A DNA stretch of 64,000 nt from Candidatus Bathyarchaeia archaeon (GTDB lineage: Archaea > Thermoproteota > Bathyarchaeia > Bathyarchaeales > Bathycorpusculaceae): positions 32,001-96,000 of the forward strand of contig JAVYWL010000004.1 in the NCBI GenBank assembly GCA_038727135.1, given 5' to 3'. Positions 9,336 through 19,249 of this stretch are shown piece after piece. The position numbers were made by a program, and so were the translations under genes. The notes under the pieces were generated by a model, which searched no databases, was not told the origin of the DNA, and worked only from the letters and a program-made list of their open reading frames with translations. How positions within the stretch are numbered: the first letter of the stretch is position 1; the number at the start of each line of letters is the position of its first letter.

Positions 9336-11429
9336 TTATCCTGGGAATGGACAGGTCTTTGTTGGGCAACCTCCAGCATACTCTGAATCTGCCGAAATAA
9401 ATTTCTTTTCAGCAGTTTTCACTTCCCCAATGTATAGGACTTGCTCTGGCTTGCTTCCATAACGGAAGACGGTTACGCCCTTACATTTTAGTTTCCATGC
9501 AAGCTCAAACACTTTTCTAACGTCTTCAACAGTGGCCTCAAAAGGCATGTTAACAGTTTTTGAAACAGCATTATCCGTATACTTTTGGAAGGCTGCCTGC
9601 ATCCTCACATGCCACTCCGGCTCAATGTCTAGGGCTGTCACAAAAACCCTTTTGACGTCCTCTGGAATCTTGTCTATCCTTTGAACAGAACCGGTTTTCG
9701 CTATCTCTTCAAGAAGATGAGCATCATAGAAGCCTCTTTCCTTCGCTACCATCTCAAATAACGGGTTTGTTTCAAAAAGCCTCGTTCCATCCAAAACGTT
9801 TCTTATAAAGGATATGGCGAAAAGCGGCTCAATTCCTGAGGAGCATCCTGCAATTATGCTTATGCTTCCTGTTGGGGCTATTGTTGTTACTGTGGCGTTT
9901 CTCATAGCCTTGTACTTGTCCTTCCAAATGCTCTTGTCGAAATTTGGAAACGAGCCCCTTTTCTCGGCGATTTCCTCCGACTTTTTATGGGCTTCCTCGT
10001 CGATGAACTTCATCAGTTTTTCTGCAAGCTCTAGGGCTCGTTCAGAATTGTAGGGAATACCCAGTTTAATGAGCATGTCCGCAAAGCCCATAACGCCTAA
10101 ACCTATCTTCCTATTCGCCTTTGTGACCCTCTCTATCTCCTTCAACGGGTATTTGTTCGCGTCTATAACATTGTCCAAGAAGTGAACAGCGTTCCTAACA
10201 GTTTCCCTAAGCTTCTTCCAATTAATTTTCCCATCCTCAACCATGCGTGAAAGATTGATTGACCCCAGATTGCACGACTCATAAGGCAGAAGTGGCTGCT
10301 CGCCACATGGGTTAGTCGACTCTATTCTTCCAACTTCCGGCGTAGGATTATGCCTATTAATCTCGTCTATAAATACGACGCCGGGGTCTCCACTAGCCCA
10401 AGCAGACCTCGCTATTAAGTTCCAAACATCCCTCGCCTTGAGCTTTTCCGTTCTCTCCTTGTTTCTGGGGTTTATCAGCCAATATTCGCCATCCTCCTCG
10501 AGAGCCTTCATAAACTCGTCGGTTACAGCAACTGATATATTAAAGTTTGAGAGGAAGCCTGGCTGCTGCTTTGCAGTTATAAACTCTAGAATGTCCGGAT
10601 GGTCTACACGCAGAATTCCCATCATGGCGCCCCGCCTTTTGCCGCCAGCCTTGATAACCTCTGTGGCAACGTCAAAAACCCGCATAAAACTAACAGGGCC
10701 GGAAGCCACACCCTTGGTGGACATGACTATGTCGCCTTTAGGCCTAAGCCTTGAAAAGTCAAAGCCAACACCTCCGCCACTTTTCTCGATTAAAGCCATG
10801 TTTTTAACGGCTTCAAAAATGCTGTCTAAAGAATCTTCAACAGGCAAGACGAAGCACGCGGAAAGTTGTCCAAGCTTTGTTCCAGCATTAAACAGCGTCG
10901 GCGAGTTCGGAAGGAACTCAAGCCTCGCCATCATTCTGTAGAAAGTTTCCTCGCTTTCTCTCGGGTCTTCGCCATATTTCCGGTCAATCCTCGCTATGGC
11001 CTTTGCGACTCTCCTAAACATTTGAGCCGGGTCTTCAATTATGTTTCCAGCTTCATCCCTTCGCAGGTAACGCTTCCTCAAAACTTCAAGGGCATTAACC
11101 GTCAACTTAGGCTCTTCAATTCCAAGTCTTTCCCTTAGCCGCCTTATTTCCTCCTTCTTACTCCTATAAGCCTGATACTCCGAAGCAACCTCCTCGAAAC
11201 CGCTATTCTTTAGAACCTCAATTACAACGTCTTGGACATCCTCAACCGACGGAATTTTCTCTACGAACCTTTCCTCTAAAAGGTCAACAACATCCCTTGT
11301 TAATCTTTCAGCTTTTTCTCCATCCTCAAGTTTAACAGCCACAAAAGCCTTGTGAATGGCGTTTTTAATTCTCTCGGCGTTAAAGTCAACTATTCGACCG
11401 TCTCTTTTCCTAATTTTTGTTATTGGCAT
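9336..11429 (-). CDS. nrdJ: Class II (B12-dependent) ribonucleotide reductase with N-terminal ATP cone
   Basis: KRDGR ATP cone, PNSPTL, SACFV, TNPCGEQ, TIAPTG, C-terminal CxxxC; no R2 subunit nearby. Confidence 0.92.
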   Translation of the reverse strand: MPITKIRKRDGRIVDFNAERIKNAIHKAFVAVKLEDGEKAERLTRDVVDLLEERFVEKIPSVEDVQDVVIEVLKNSGFEEVASEYQAYRSKKEEIRRLRERLGIEEPKLTVNALEVLRKRYLRRDEAGNIIEDPAQMFRRVAKAIARIDRKYGEDPRESEETFYRMMARLEFLPNSPTLFNAGTKLGQLSACFVLPVEDSLDSIFEAVKNMALIEKSGGGVGFDFSRLRPKGDIVMSTKGVASGPVSFMRVFDVATEVIKAGGKRRGAMMGILRVDHPDILEFITAKQQPGFLSNFNISVAVTDEFMKALEEDGEYWLINPRNKERTEKLKARDVWNLIARSAWASGDPGVVFIDEINRHNPTPEVGRIESTNPCGEQPLLPYESCNLGSINLSRMVEDGKINWKKLRETVRNAVHFLDNVIDANKYPLKEIERVTKANRKIGLGVMGFADMLIKLGIPYNSERALELAEKLMKFIDEEAHKKSEEIAEKRGSFPNFDKSIWKDKYKAMRNATVTTIAPTGSISIIAGCSSGIEPLFAISFIRNVLDGTRLFETNPLFEMVAKERGFYDAHLLEEIAKTGSVQRIDKIPEDVKRVFVTALDIEPEWHVRMQAAFQKYTDNAVSKTVNMPFEATVEDVRKVFELAWKLKCKGVTVFRYGSKPEQVLYIGEVKTAEKKFISADSEYAGGCPTKTCPFPG

Positions 11430-11566
11430 GGTTTTTCAATCACAATTGGATTAAACGCCAATATAAAGTTTGAAAAGCTTCTCATTCTTCCATCATTTTG
11501 TTGAATTTGCTGATTGAAGATTTGAAAATTTTATATACGGCCTTTGCCATTGTAGTGTTGAGTGTC

Positions 11567-11875
11567 ATGGCTGATATCTGTCCAATATGCGGGCTTCCTA
11601 AAGACTTATGTGTCTGTGGCGAGATAGGCAAAGAGCAGCAAAGAATTCGCATAAGGTTTGAAACAAGGAAGTTCGGCAGACCAACGACAATAGTTGAAGG
11701 CATAAATGACAAGGATGCAGATCTTGGGAGTCTAGCTCAGAAACTTAAAAGCTTTTGTGCATGCGGAGGCACGGCCAAAAACGGGCAAATAATCCTTCAA
11801 GGAGACCACCGCGAAAAAGTTCGCCAATATCTAATAAGACTTGGATATCCAGAAGAGAACATAGAAGTTCAATAA
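11567..11875 (+). CDS. Translation initiation factor aIF1 (SUI1)
   Basis: CPICGLPKDLCVC, CACGGT, LQGDHR; start at ATG 11567. Confidence 0.93.
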   Translation: MADICPICGLPKDLCVCGEIGKEQQRIRIRFETRKFGRPTTIVEGINDKDADLGSLAQKLKSFCACGGTAKNGQIILQGDHREKVRQYLIRLGYPEENIEVQ

Positions 11876-11895
11876 ACGCCAAAAGGTGTAAGCCC

Positions 11896-12105
11896 ATGGG
11901 AATCCTACAGAATATGCGTGAAGTATTGAAGACTCTGAAACATAGGGGTCCATCAAAAATTTACTGTCCAAAATGTGGAAGCCCCAGAATCCATCTGTCA
12001 AGCAGCCTTGACTACTGGCTGACGCCTAAAAAGTATGTTTGCGAAGACTGCGGGTATGTCGGCCCAGTAGTTATGGAAATTGAAAAGGAAGAAAATGAAG
12101 GCTAG
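11896..12105 (+). CDS. Small zinc-ribbon protein
   Basis: CPKCGS...YVCEDCGYVGP; 69 aa. Confidence 0.75.
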   Translation: MGILQNMREVLKTLKHRGPSKIYCPKCGSPRIHLSSSLDYWLTPKKYVCEDCGYVGPVVMEIEKEENEG

Positions 12106-12110
12106 AATGG

Positions 12111-13049
12111 CTAGTCTGGCAATTCCAAGTTTAGCTGTCTCTTCAATGTTTTGTAACGGTTCCGCACCGTAACCTCGGTGACTCCGGCGGCTTCGGCAAT
12201 GTCCTTTTGGGTTTTCTTCTCATTATTTTGCAAGCATGCAATGTATAATGCCGCGGCAGCCAATCCCATGGGATCTTTTCCAGCTGCAGCACGCTTCATT
12301 TTCGCTTCACGTAGAATTTGTATGGCTAGCCCTTGTGTCTTACCAGAAATTCCCGTTTTTTCAGCAATTTTCGACACGTAGGTTAATGGGTCTGCTATGG
12401 GCATCTGCACGTCAAGCTCGCGAAGCAGAAGCCTATAACAGCGGGCAACATCCTTTTTGTCCACTAGGCTGGCTTCTGCTATCTCCCTTAAAGTTCTCGG
12501 GGTTCCGCTTCCACGGCAAGCTGCATAAAGTGCAGCTGCAGCTATAGCCGCAATTGATCTTCCACGCACTAAGCCCTTGTCTAAGGCTTTGCGGTATATG
12601 ACGGCTGCCTTCTCCTTTATGGGTGGCGGAATGTACACCTTGTCTGAGAGGCGGTCAAGTTCAGCCATCGCTTGTGCCAAATTGCGGTCTATTGAGGAGT
12701 GCACCCTTGAGCGTATCTGCCATTTTCTTAGGCGCCACATTTGCAGTCTTGTTGAAAGTGGAAGTTTTCTTCCGAAGGCATCACGGTCCACTTGGCTTAT
12801 AGCTGTTGACAATCCCTTATCGTGGACGGAGTATGATGTTGGGACTCCAACGCGGCTTCTCGAGGCTTTCTCCTCTTGTGTGAAGGCCCGCCACTCTGGT
12901 CCCTTGTCCATCATCTGCTCGTGAAGCACAAGTCCGCATTCTCCGCAAACAGTCTCGCCAGTATCATAATCGTGAATAAGGTTTACACTGCCGCATTCTG
13001 GGCACTTGTCAACTAGGCGTTGACGGGTTCCGCCTTCTTTCCCGCTCAT
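12111..13049 (-). CDS. tfb: Transcription initiation factor IIB
   Basis: CPECG Zn ribbon, GPEWRAF, two cyclin repeats, VTEVTVRNRYK. Confidence 0.97.
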   Translation of the reverse strand: MSGKEGGTRQRLVDKCPECGSVNLIHDYDTGETVCGECGLVLHEQMMDKGPEWRAFTQEEKASRSRVGVPTSYSVHDKGLSTAISQVDRDAFGRKLPLSTRLQMWRLRKWQIRSRVHSSIDRNLAQAMAELDRLSDKVYIPPPIKEKAAVIYRKALDKGLVRGRSIAAIAAAALYAACRGSGTPRTLREIAEASLVDKKDVARCYRLLLRELDVQMPIADPLTYVSKIAEKTGISGKTQGLAIQILREAKMKRAAAGKDPMGLAAAALYIACLQNNEKKTQKDIAEAAGVTEVTVRNRYKTLKRQLNLELPD

Positions 13050-13236
13050 TTTCTCACACTTCGATTTTTGCGTAGAACCGTCCCCTTTTCATTTCCCCAA
13101 TATAGGAGTAGAAGACGCCATCCGGCCCCGCGTGACTATCCAGATGAAATGTTTTAATATATAAATTTTACGGTTTAAACTAAAATATCCCCTTCACAAA
13201 TTTTGAATAATAATACACGCTACTAATCGAACAGAA

Positions 13237-14373
13237 GTGTCCACAAAAATGTTAAAGCTTCCAGAAAAACTGCGAAAAACACTTGAGAAAACAGTAAAAG
13301 AAATGGCCGCCAACGAAACAGTTTCTGGAATAGGCCTATTTGGAAGCTGGAGCCGAGGAGACGCCACCCTTTCAAGTGACGTTGACCTTCTAATCCTCAG
13401 CAATGAGCCGTTAGAAGACGAATATGTAGAAAGGATTTCAGTCGGCGACCTATTTTTAGACCTGAACTTTGTCCCAAAACACTTAATTCAAGGCCCCATA
13501 CACCCGAAACTTGACCAAAAACTCTATGAAGCCCAAATCTTGTATGACAGAGAATGGACTTTGACAAATACAAAACTTTCAATGGCTAAGTTTTATGGCT
13601 CGCCTGAAAGGATAGACATAAGAACACAAACTCACGTAATAGAGTCAGACGTATACCTGAGTCGCGCCACATCAGCCCATGCGAAAGGCGACTATCTGAG
13701 TGCTCAGCTCTTCGCCATAGTTGCCATGGAAAATATCTTGCGGGTGCCGCTGGAAATAGCCCTTGAACCATTTTCAAACAGCCGATTCTTAGAGAAATTG
13801 GAAATCGTAGCTGAAAGGCTTGGTATGCAAGAAATTTTTGATGACTATCTTAAAACAGCCAAACTAAACGAAGTGAGCGCGATGGAGGCTGAAGAGAAAC
13901 TGAAACTCTTTAAAACTGTTTGGGATGAAACGAGCTTATTAGTTAAACGTAAACTTCAAACGCTAAAAAACGTGCATTTCAAAGTTAAAACAAGCATAAA
14001 TTATTACTTCAATGCGGCGTTTATGCAGGGCACAATTTTGAGAGCAAACTCAATGATAAACTCTGAAAAGTTTGCCGAAACGGCGCATTACCTAACCAGC
14101 ATATCCTTAAACCTCATTGAAAATTACGCTTGGCTAAAAGCCACAGCCGAAAGGCAGAGAGTAGACTACACAAGCCTAATACGCTCGATAGAGAAACTTG
14201 AGAGAGGCAATCCTAAACACTACCAAAACATCATAAAACTACTAAACCTAACCGACACAGCCAATTTAAGCAAGGAAGAGACAACCCAAACCATCGGAAA
14301 AGTTAGGAGAAACATATTAAAGATAAGACGAGAAAGGAAACATTTAATCAAAACATACATATCAAAGAGTTAA
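13237..14373 (+). CDS. Pol-beta-like nucleotidyltransferase with long helical C-terminal region
   Basis: LFGSWSRGD...SDVDLLIL (GS, DxD) and a third acidic strand (FLDL). Confidence 0.8.
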   Translation: MSTKMLKLPEKLRKTLEKTVKEMAANETVSGIGLFGSWSRGDATLSSDVDLLILSNEPLEDEYVERISVGDLFLDLNFVPKHLIQGPIHPKLDQKLYEAQILYDREWTLTNTKLSMAKFYGSPERIDIRTQTHVIESDVYLSRATSAHAKGDYLSAQLFAIVAMENILRVPLEIALEPFSNSRFLEKLEIVAERLGMQEIFDDYLKTAKLNEVSAMEAEEKLKLFKTVWDETSLLVKRKLQTLKNVHFKVKTSINYYFNAAFMQGTILRANSMINSEKFAETAHYLTSISLNLIENYAWLKATAERQRVDYTSLIRSIEKLERGNPKHYQNIIKLLNLTDTANLSKEETTQTIGKVRRNILKIRRERKHLIKTYISKS

Positions 14374-14395
14374 AATAACATCACATGTATTGTGA

Positions 14396-14471
14396 AGCCC
14401 GGTGGTGTAGTGGACAAGCATAGCGGGCTTTGGACCCGCCGACGGGAGTTCGAATCTCCCCCGGGCTACCA
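14396..14471 (+). tRNA. tRNA-Gln(TTG), CCA encoded
   Basis: AGCCCGG/CCGGGCT acceptor stem, GCGGG-CTTTGGA-CCCGC anticodon arm, GTTCGAAT T-loop, ACCA end. Confidence 0.96.
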
Positions 14472-14536
14472 AAATCTGAGATATTAAAAAACACGGTTGA
14501 TGTTGCAGTTTTCTATAGTTTGTTATAATCATGATT

Positions 14537-14652
14537 TGGTGCGGGGGGTGGGATTTGAACCCACGAACCCCTACGGGACAGCCGTTCTGCGAAACTTTTG
14601 GAAGAGGTTTCTCCTCAGGGCTGCGCCTTTGGCCAGGCTTGGCAACCCCCGC
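14537..14652 (-). tRNA. tRNA-Leu(GAG) with 28-nt intron at 37/38 (14585-14612)
   Basis: GCGGGGG/CCCCCGC acceptor stem, CAGCC/GGCTG anticodon stem, CT-GAG-G loop, long variable arm, bulge-helix-bulge-like junction, ACCA end. Confidence 0.93.
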
Positions 14653-14740
14653 ATGTCACCGCTTTATTCCTTAATTTTGTAGGTGAAATTAAAGTTTCCT
14701 TTCAGTGATTTCAGGTTAATATAGAAAGGAGAGGGAGATT

Positions 14741-15262
14741 TTAAATTAGTCTGAAATCTTCTTTTATAGTTGTTAGTACCACGTGGGTGTTTGTTCTCTC
14801 CACGTAGGGCATCGCCAACAAGCGTTTTGCAAATTTGCTTAATTCCTCCCGGTTTTTGAATTTGGCTACTACTATGGCGTCTATTAGCCCTGTTACGTCG
14901 TAGACGCAGCAGACGTTTGGAAGCTTTGCGATTTCGCTTTCCACCTCCAAAAGTCTTCCTTTTGAAACTGTTATTTCGACCACGACAGTTAAGGCATAGC
15001 CAAGTTTCTCGTGGTCTACTAGGGCTGTATACCCTTTTATTATGCCCTTCTCCTCTAGTTTTTTAACCCTTGATAGGGCTGTGCTTGTGGATATGTCGCA
15101 CTGCTTGGCCAGTTGTCTTGAAGAAAGCCTCGCGTCAAAGGTTAAGGCCCTTAAGATTTTCATGTCTACATCGTTTAATTCTTCCTCGTTTCTAGCGCGT
15201 TTTTTCTCCAATTTTTCCTTAGACGGTGGCTTTTGAACATTTGCATCTTTCATTATGTACAT
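14741..15262 (-). CDS. Lrp/AsnC family regulator divergent from glnA
   Basis: DVDMKILRALTFDARLS HTH, YDVTGLID RAM domain; true start may be later. Confidence 0.9.
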   Translation of the reverse strand: MYIMKDANVQKPPSKEKLEKKRARNEEELNDVDMKILRALTFDARLSSRQLAKQCDISTSTALSRVKKLEEKGIIKGYTALVDHEKLGYALTVVVEITVSKGRLLEVESEIAKLPNVCCVYDVTGLIDAIVVAKFKNREELSKFAKRLLAMPYVERTNTHVVLTTIKEDFRLI

Positions 15263-15388
15263 GCTCCTTTATTTGTTCTACATCTGTACAACTGGCTTGA
15301 CTTTATATTTAACATTTGTTATCATTTTCTTTGAAAAGCCTTTTATATGTATTATCAAACTCTTTTTTGTTGTAAAATTATCTAGAGG

Positions 15389-16804
15389 TTGGAGGCTGGC
15401 GTGATGAGGAATTCGTTACGACGAATGTTTCAGAGCCAGAATGTTGAGTTGTGCTTTAAGCTTATGAAGAATGCTGACCATGTCCTGTTGCATTTTACAG
15501 ATTTGCTTGGCTTTTTTAAGGGCAGAACAATCCCAGTGGAGGAAGTGGAAAACGCAATAGTTGAAGGTGTAGGCTTTGACGGCTCATCGTTAATTGGTGG
15601 AGTTGGTATAGAAGAAAGCGACATGCTCATGAAGCCCGACATCACTACTTTCACGGTTTGCCCCTACTATTTTTATGACAAAAGTGTTGTAAGCTTCATC
15701 TGCAACTTGTACATGCCGGAGGGCAAGCGTTTTGAAGGTGACCCAAGATACATCTGCCAAAAAACCCTTGAAAAATTAGCGGTTGAGGGATACGAGCCGA
15801 CAGCAGCTGCGGAGCTGGAATTTTATCTTGTGCAAAAAACTGTTGGTGGCGGCTTTGAGCCTGTTGAAAATCACCTCATAGATAAGCAGCGATATTTTGA
15901 TATAGCTCCTGGTAGGGATGTCACCGAAGCCTTCCGGATGGAGTTAACTAATGCACTTTTCACCATGGGCATATCAGTTGAGAGACAGCACCACGAAGTT
16001 GGCGCAGCCCAGAATGAAATAACTTTCAAGTACTCTGATCCGGTGACTACCGCAGACAATATTATGCGTTATAAGTTTGCTGCTAAGGCTGTTGCTGATA
16101 GAAAATATGGTTGGATAGCCACTTTCATGCCAAAACCATGGTTTGGAAAGCCCGGGAATGGAATGCACGTTCACCTTGGTCTTTTCGACTCGAAAACTGG
16201 AAGAAATGTTTTCTATGATAAAGATGGTTATGCCCACTTATCCCAGAAGTGCCGCTATTTTATAGGTGGAATTCTTGAACATGCAAGGGCTTTATGCGCA
16301 GTTGTGGCGCCTACGGTGAACAGTTATAAGAGGCTTGTGCCGGGTTATGAAGCTCCAGTTTACATCACTTGGAGCCGGAAAAACCGTTCAGCCTTGATAA
16401 GGGTGCCGGAGTACTTCCCTGGAAAGGAGGATGAGGCCAGAATTGAATTCCGTTGTCCAGACTCGCTCTGCAATCCTTACTTGGCTTATGCTGCAATTTT
16501 TGAGGCTGGTTTAGATGGCATTAAAAGGAAGATAGAGCCAGGTGACGCTGTTGATGTGAACGTTTATCATTTGAGCGAGACAAAAAGAAGAGAGCTTGGC
16601 ATAGAAGTTCTGCCTGGTTCGCTTAAAGAAGCCTTGGAGGAGTTGAAGAGCGATGACGTTTGCATAAGGGCCCTGGGTAAAGAAAATGCTGAGAAATATT
16701 TAGAGCTTAAAATGCAGGAGTGGCGCGATTACGAACCCCACATGCCTAAAAATGATAAAGGCGCAATCACATTTTGGGAGTTGCAAAAGTACATCTACGC
16801 CTAA
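15389..16804 (+). CDS. glnA: Glutamine synthetase type I
   Basis: FDGSS, ELEFY, HHEV, GNGMHVH, NSYKRLVPGYEAP, NRSALIR, RIEFR. Confidence 0.93.
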   Translation: MEAGVMRNSLRRMFQSQNVELCFKLMKNADHVLLHFTDLLGFFKGRTIPVEEVENAIVEGVGFDGSSLIGGVGIEESDMLMKPDITTFTVCPYYFYDKSVVSFICNLYMPEGKRFEGDPRYICQKTLEKLAVEGYEPTAAAELEFYLVQKTVGGGFEPVENHLIDKQRYFDIAPGRDVTEAFRMELTNALFTMGISVERQHHEVGAAQNEITFKYSDPVTTADNIMRYKFAAKAVADRKYGWIATFMPKPWFGKPGNGMHVHLGLFDSKTGRNVFYDKDGYAHLSQKCRYFIGGILEHARALCAVVAPTVNSYKRLVPGYEAPVYITWSRKNRSALIRVPEYFPGKEDEARIEFRCPDSLCNPYLAYAAIFEAGLDGIKRKIEPGDAVDVNVYHLSETKRRELGIEVLPGSLKEALEELKSDDVCIRALGKENAEKYLELKMQEWRDYEPHMPKNDKGAITFWELQKYIYA

Positions 16805-16860
16805 CAAACTTTAAATTGCCATGTTCTCCTATGTTCAAAGCCATATGAGCGTGTGTATAC

Positions 16861-18405
16861 TTGAAATACGATGCCATACTTATATTGGACTTTGGCGGGC
16901 AATACTGCCATCTCATTGGAAGACGTGTTAGAGAAAATGGCGTATACTCAGAAATTGTTCCTCACGACATAAAAATTGAGGAAATAAGGCTTTTAGGCGA
17001 AAAGTTTAACATTAAAGGGTTAATTCTGTCCGGTGGTCCTGCAAGCGTTTTTGATGCAGATGCGCCAAAACCGGACAAGCGTATTTTTGATTTAGGACTA
17101 CCCGTTTTGGGTTTATGCTATGGGCATCAACTTATAGCTCAAGTTTTCGGTGGAAAAGTTGGTTCAGCCAAACGGAAAGAGTTCGGCTCAACCTATGCAA
17201 CAATAGACAAGCCAATTGACATTTTGAAGGGTTTAAACAGAAAAGAACGGGTTTGGATGAGCCACAGCGACACAGTCTTCTCGGTTCCCCAAGAATTTGA
17301 AGTTTTAGCCTACACACAAAATTGTCCAGTTGCCGCCTTCAAACATAAAACCAAACCAATTTACGGTTTACAGTGGCATCCAGAAGTGGTGCACACAGTT
17401 AATGGCGCCAAAATGCTACGCAACTTTCTTTTTGAGGTATGCGGTTGTGTTGCCAACTGGAAGATGGAAAACATCATAGATAAAATGGTTGAAGAGGTTA
17501 AGAGAGAGGTTGGCGAGGGCAAAGCTATAATAGCTTTAAGTGGGGGCATAGACTCCAGTGTAGCCACAGCCATAGCAGCCAAAGCAGTAGGCGAAAAACT
17601 AACAGCAGTTTTTGTTGACCACGGGTTCATGAGGGAAAACGAGCCAGAATTTGTTAAGAACACTTTCCAAAAACTCAAAATAAACATGGTTATTGTAAAC
17701 GCGCAAGAAAGATTCTTTGAAAGACTTAAAGGCGTAACAGACCCAGAAATGAAAAGGAAGATTATAGGCGAAGAGTTCATTAGAGTTTTTGAAGAAGTTG
17801 CCGAAAAAGTTGGCGCAGAATACCTCATCCAAGGAACTATTTACCCAGATAGAATCGAATCTGGTTTCAGAAGGTTCTCCGATAAAATTAAGACACATCA
17901 TAATGTTGCTGGGCTTCCCACAAAAATCAAGTTTAAGAAAATTATTGAGCCTCTGAGAGACTTATACAAAGACGAGATCCGCAGGGTCGCCCAAATAATC
18001 GGGTTGCCAAAAGAAATAGTTTTTAGGCAGCCTTTTCCCGGTCCAGGGCTTGCAGTACGAGTTGTAGGTGAAATAACTAAAGAAAAGGTTGAGATTGCTA
18101 GAAAGGCGGACAGAATTGTAAGGGAGGAATTCGAGAAAAGTGGCTTAAAAGAGCGATTGTGGCAGTATTTTGCGGTTTTGACAAATACGAAAGCCACTGG
18201 TGTTAAGGGTGATGCTAGAGCTTATGGCTATGTTGTAGCCATCCGAGCTGTGGAAAGTCGCGAGGCTATGACGGCGAGTTTTGCAAGAATCCCCTACAAG
18301 ATTCTGGAAAAAGTCTCCACCAGGATAACCAGCGAAATACCAGAAGTCGTTAGGGTGGTGTACGACATTACCCATAAGCCGCCTGCAACTATAGAATGGG
18401 AATGA
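16861..18405 (+). CDS. guaA: GMP synthase (fused GATase and ATP-PPase domains)
   Basis: LDFGGQY, GLCYGHQ, QWHPEV, SGGIDSS, IKTHHNV, KPPATIEWE. Confidence 0.97.
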   Translation: MKYDAILILDFGGQYCHLIGRRVRENGVYSEIVPHDIKIEEIRLLGEKFNIKGLILSGGPASVFDADAPKPDKRIFDLGLPVLGLCYGHQLIAQVFGGKVGSAKRKEFGSTYATIDKPIDILKGLNRKERVWMSHSDTVFSVPQEFEVLAYTQNCPVAAFKHKTKPIYGLQWHPEVVHTVNGAKMLRNFLFEVCGCVANWKMENIIDKMVEEVKREVGEGKAIIALSGGIDSSVATAIAAKAVGEKLTAVFVDHGFMRENEPEFVKNTFQKLKINMVIVNAQERFFERLKGVTDPEMKRKIIGEEFIRVFEEVAEKVGAEYLIQGTIYPDRIESGFRRFSDKIKTHHNVAGLPTKIKFKKIIEPLRDLYKDEIRRVAQIIGLPKEIVFRQPFPGPGLAVRVVGEITKEKVEIARKADRIVREEFEKSGLKERLWQYFAVLTNTKATGVKGDARAYGYVVAIRAVESREAMTASFARIPYKILEKVSTRITSEIPEVVRVVYDITHKPPATIEWE

Positions 18406-18409
18406 AGCT

Positions 18410-19168
18410 TTAAATTCTCGATTTAACCATCAAATCCTCAACTTTCGCCCTTTTCAACAAATTGATGTGTTTAACAAGTTCATTAACTACTGCTTCCAAA
18501 ACTTGTTTACCCTTATCCGCCAAAGCAGTTGTTGACTTGCCAAAAACTCCCGAGCTTGTGCGGTCCACAGTGTCTAAAGGAAGTATTATGCCTTCAGCCT
18601 CTGCAACGTGTCCCCGCACCTCCTCATCTACAGCAAGGTCCATGTTTACAAGATGTGGATGTAAAGCCAAATTCACAGAAGTCTCTTCAGCACCAGCATG
18701 TCCCCGTTCTTCTGGCTTGAATATGTCTGGCAAAAGTTTTCCAGCAGCGGGCCACCATTGAAAAACTGATATGAAGATTCCCCTTTCCCGCAGCTCTCTA
18801 ACCAGTTCTGTTAGGGCGTTTAAGTTTCCGCCATGCCCATTAACAATGACAATTTTCTTCACACCGTAATAGTTTAGAGATAGGCAAACATCCCTAACAT
18901 AGGCTTTTAGGGTTTTAGGCGAAACATAAATTGTGCCCCAAAACTGTCTATGGTGGTGGCTCACACCAAAGGGAATAACCTGCAAACAAAGAACATTTGC
19001 GCGTCTTGCGGCCTCTTCAGCTATTGCCTTGGCGATAAAATGATCTGTTCCCAGGGGATTTTGTGGGCCATGCTGCTCATTGGAGCCGACTGGAACAATA
19101 GCGATGTCATTTCTGCTGAAATATTCTTTTGCCTCCACCCAACTCATTTCATGAAGCAAGACTTTCAT
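18410..19168 (-). CDS. Creatininase/amidohydrolase family protein
   Basis: GSNEQHGP..PLGTD, NGHGGN, HAGAEETS. Confidence 0.9.
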   Translation of the reverse strand: MKVLLHEMSWVEAKEYFSRNDIAIVPVGSNEQHGPQNPLGTDHFIAKAIAEEAARRANVLCLQVIPFGVSHHHRQFWGTIYVSPKTLKAYVRDVCLSLNYYGVKKIVIVNGHGGNLNALTELVRELRERGIFISVFQWWPAAGKLLPDIFKPEERGHAGAEETSVNLALHPHLVNMDLAVDEEVRGHVAEAEGIILPLDTVDRTSSGVFGKSTTALADKGKQVLEAVVNELVKHINLLKRAKVEDLMVKSRI

Positions 19169-19249
19169 GAGCTGTCCTCCATTTTCACGAAACTGTTTTA
19201 TTCCTAAGGAATTTGAATATAAGCTTGCGCATAAAACGGTGAAGCCCCA

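Noticed and set aside
9308-9379. Overlap or fusion between nrdJ and pncB
   Set aside because: A later GTG start with an RBS removes the overlap; no frameshift signal seen
14396-14652. tRNAs as integration sites for a mobile element
   Set aside because: No integrase or transposase, and no duplicated tRNA 3' end noticed in the window
16861-18405. Fused GuaA as a novelty
   Set aside because: Single-chain GMP synthases are known in bacteria and several archaeal groups
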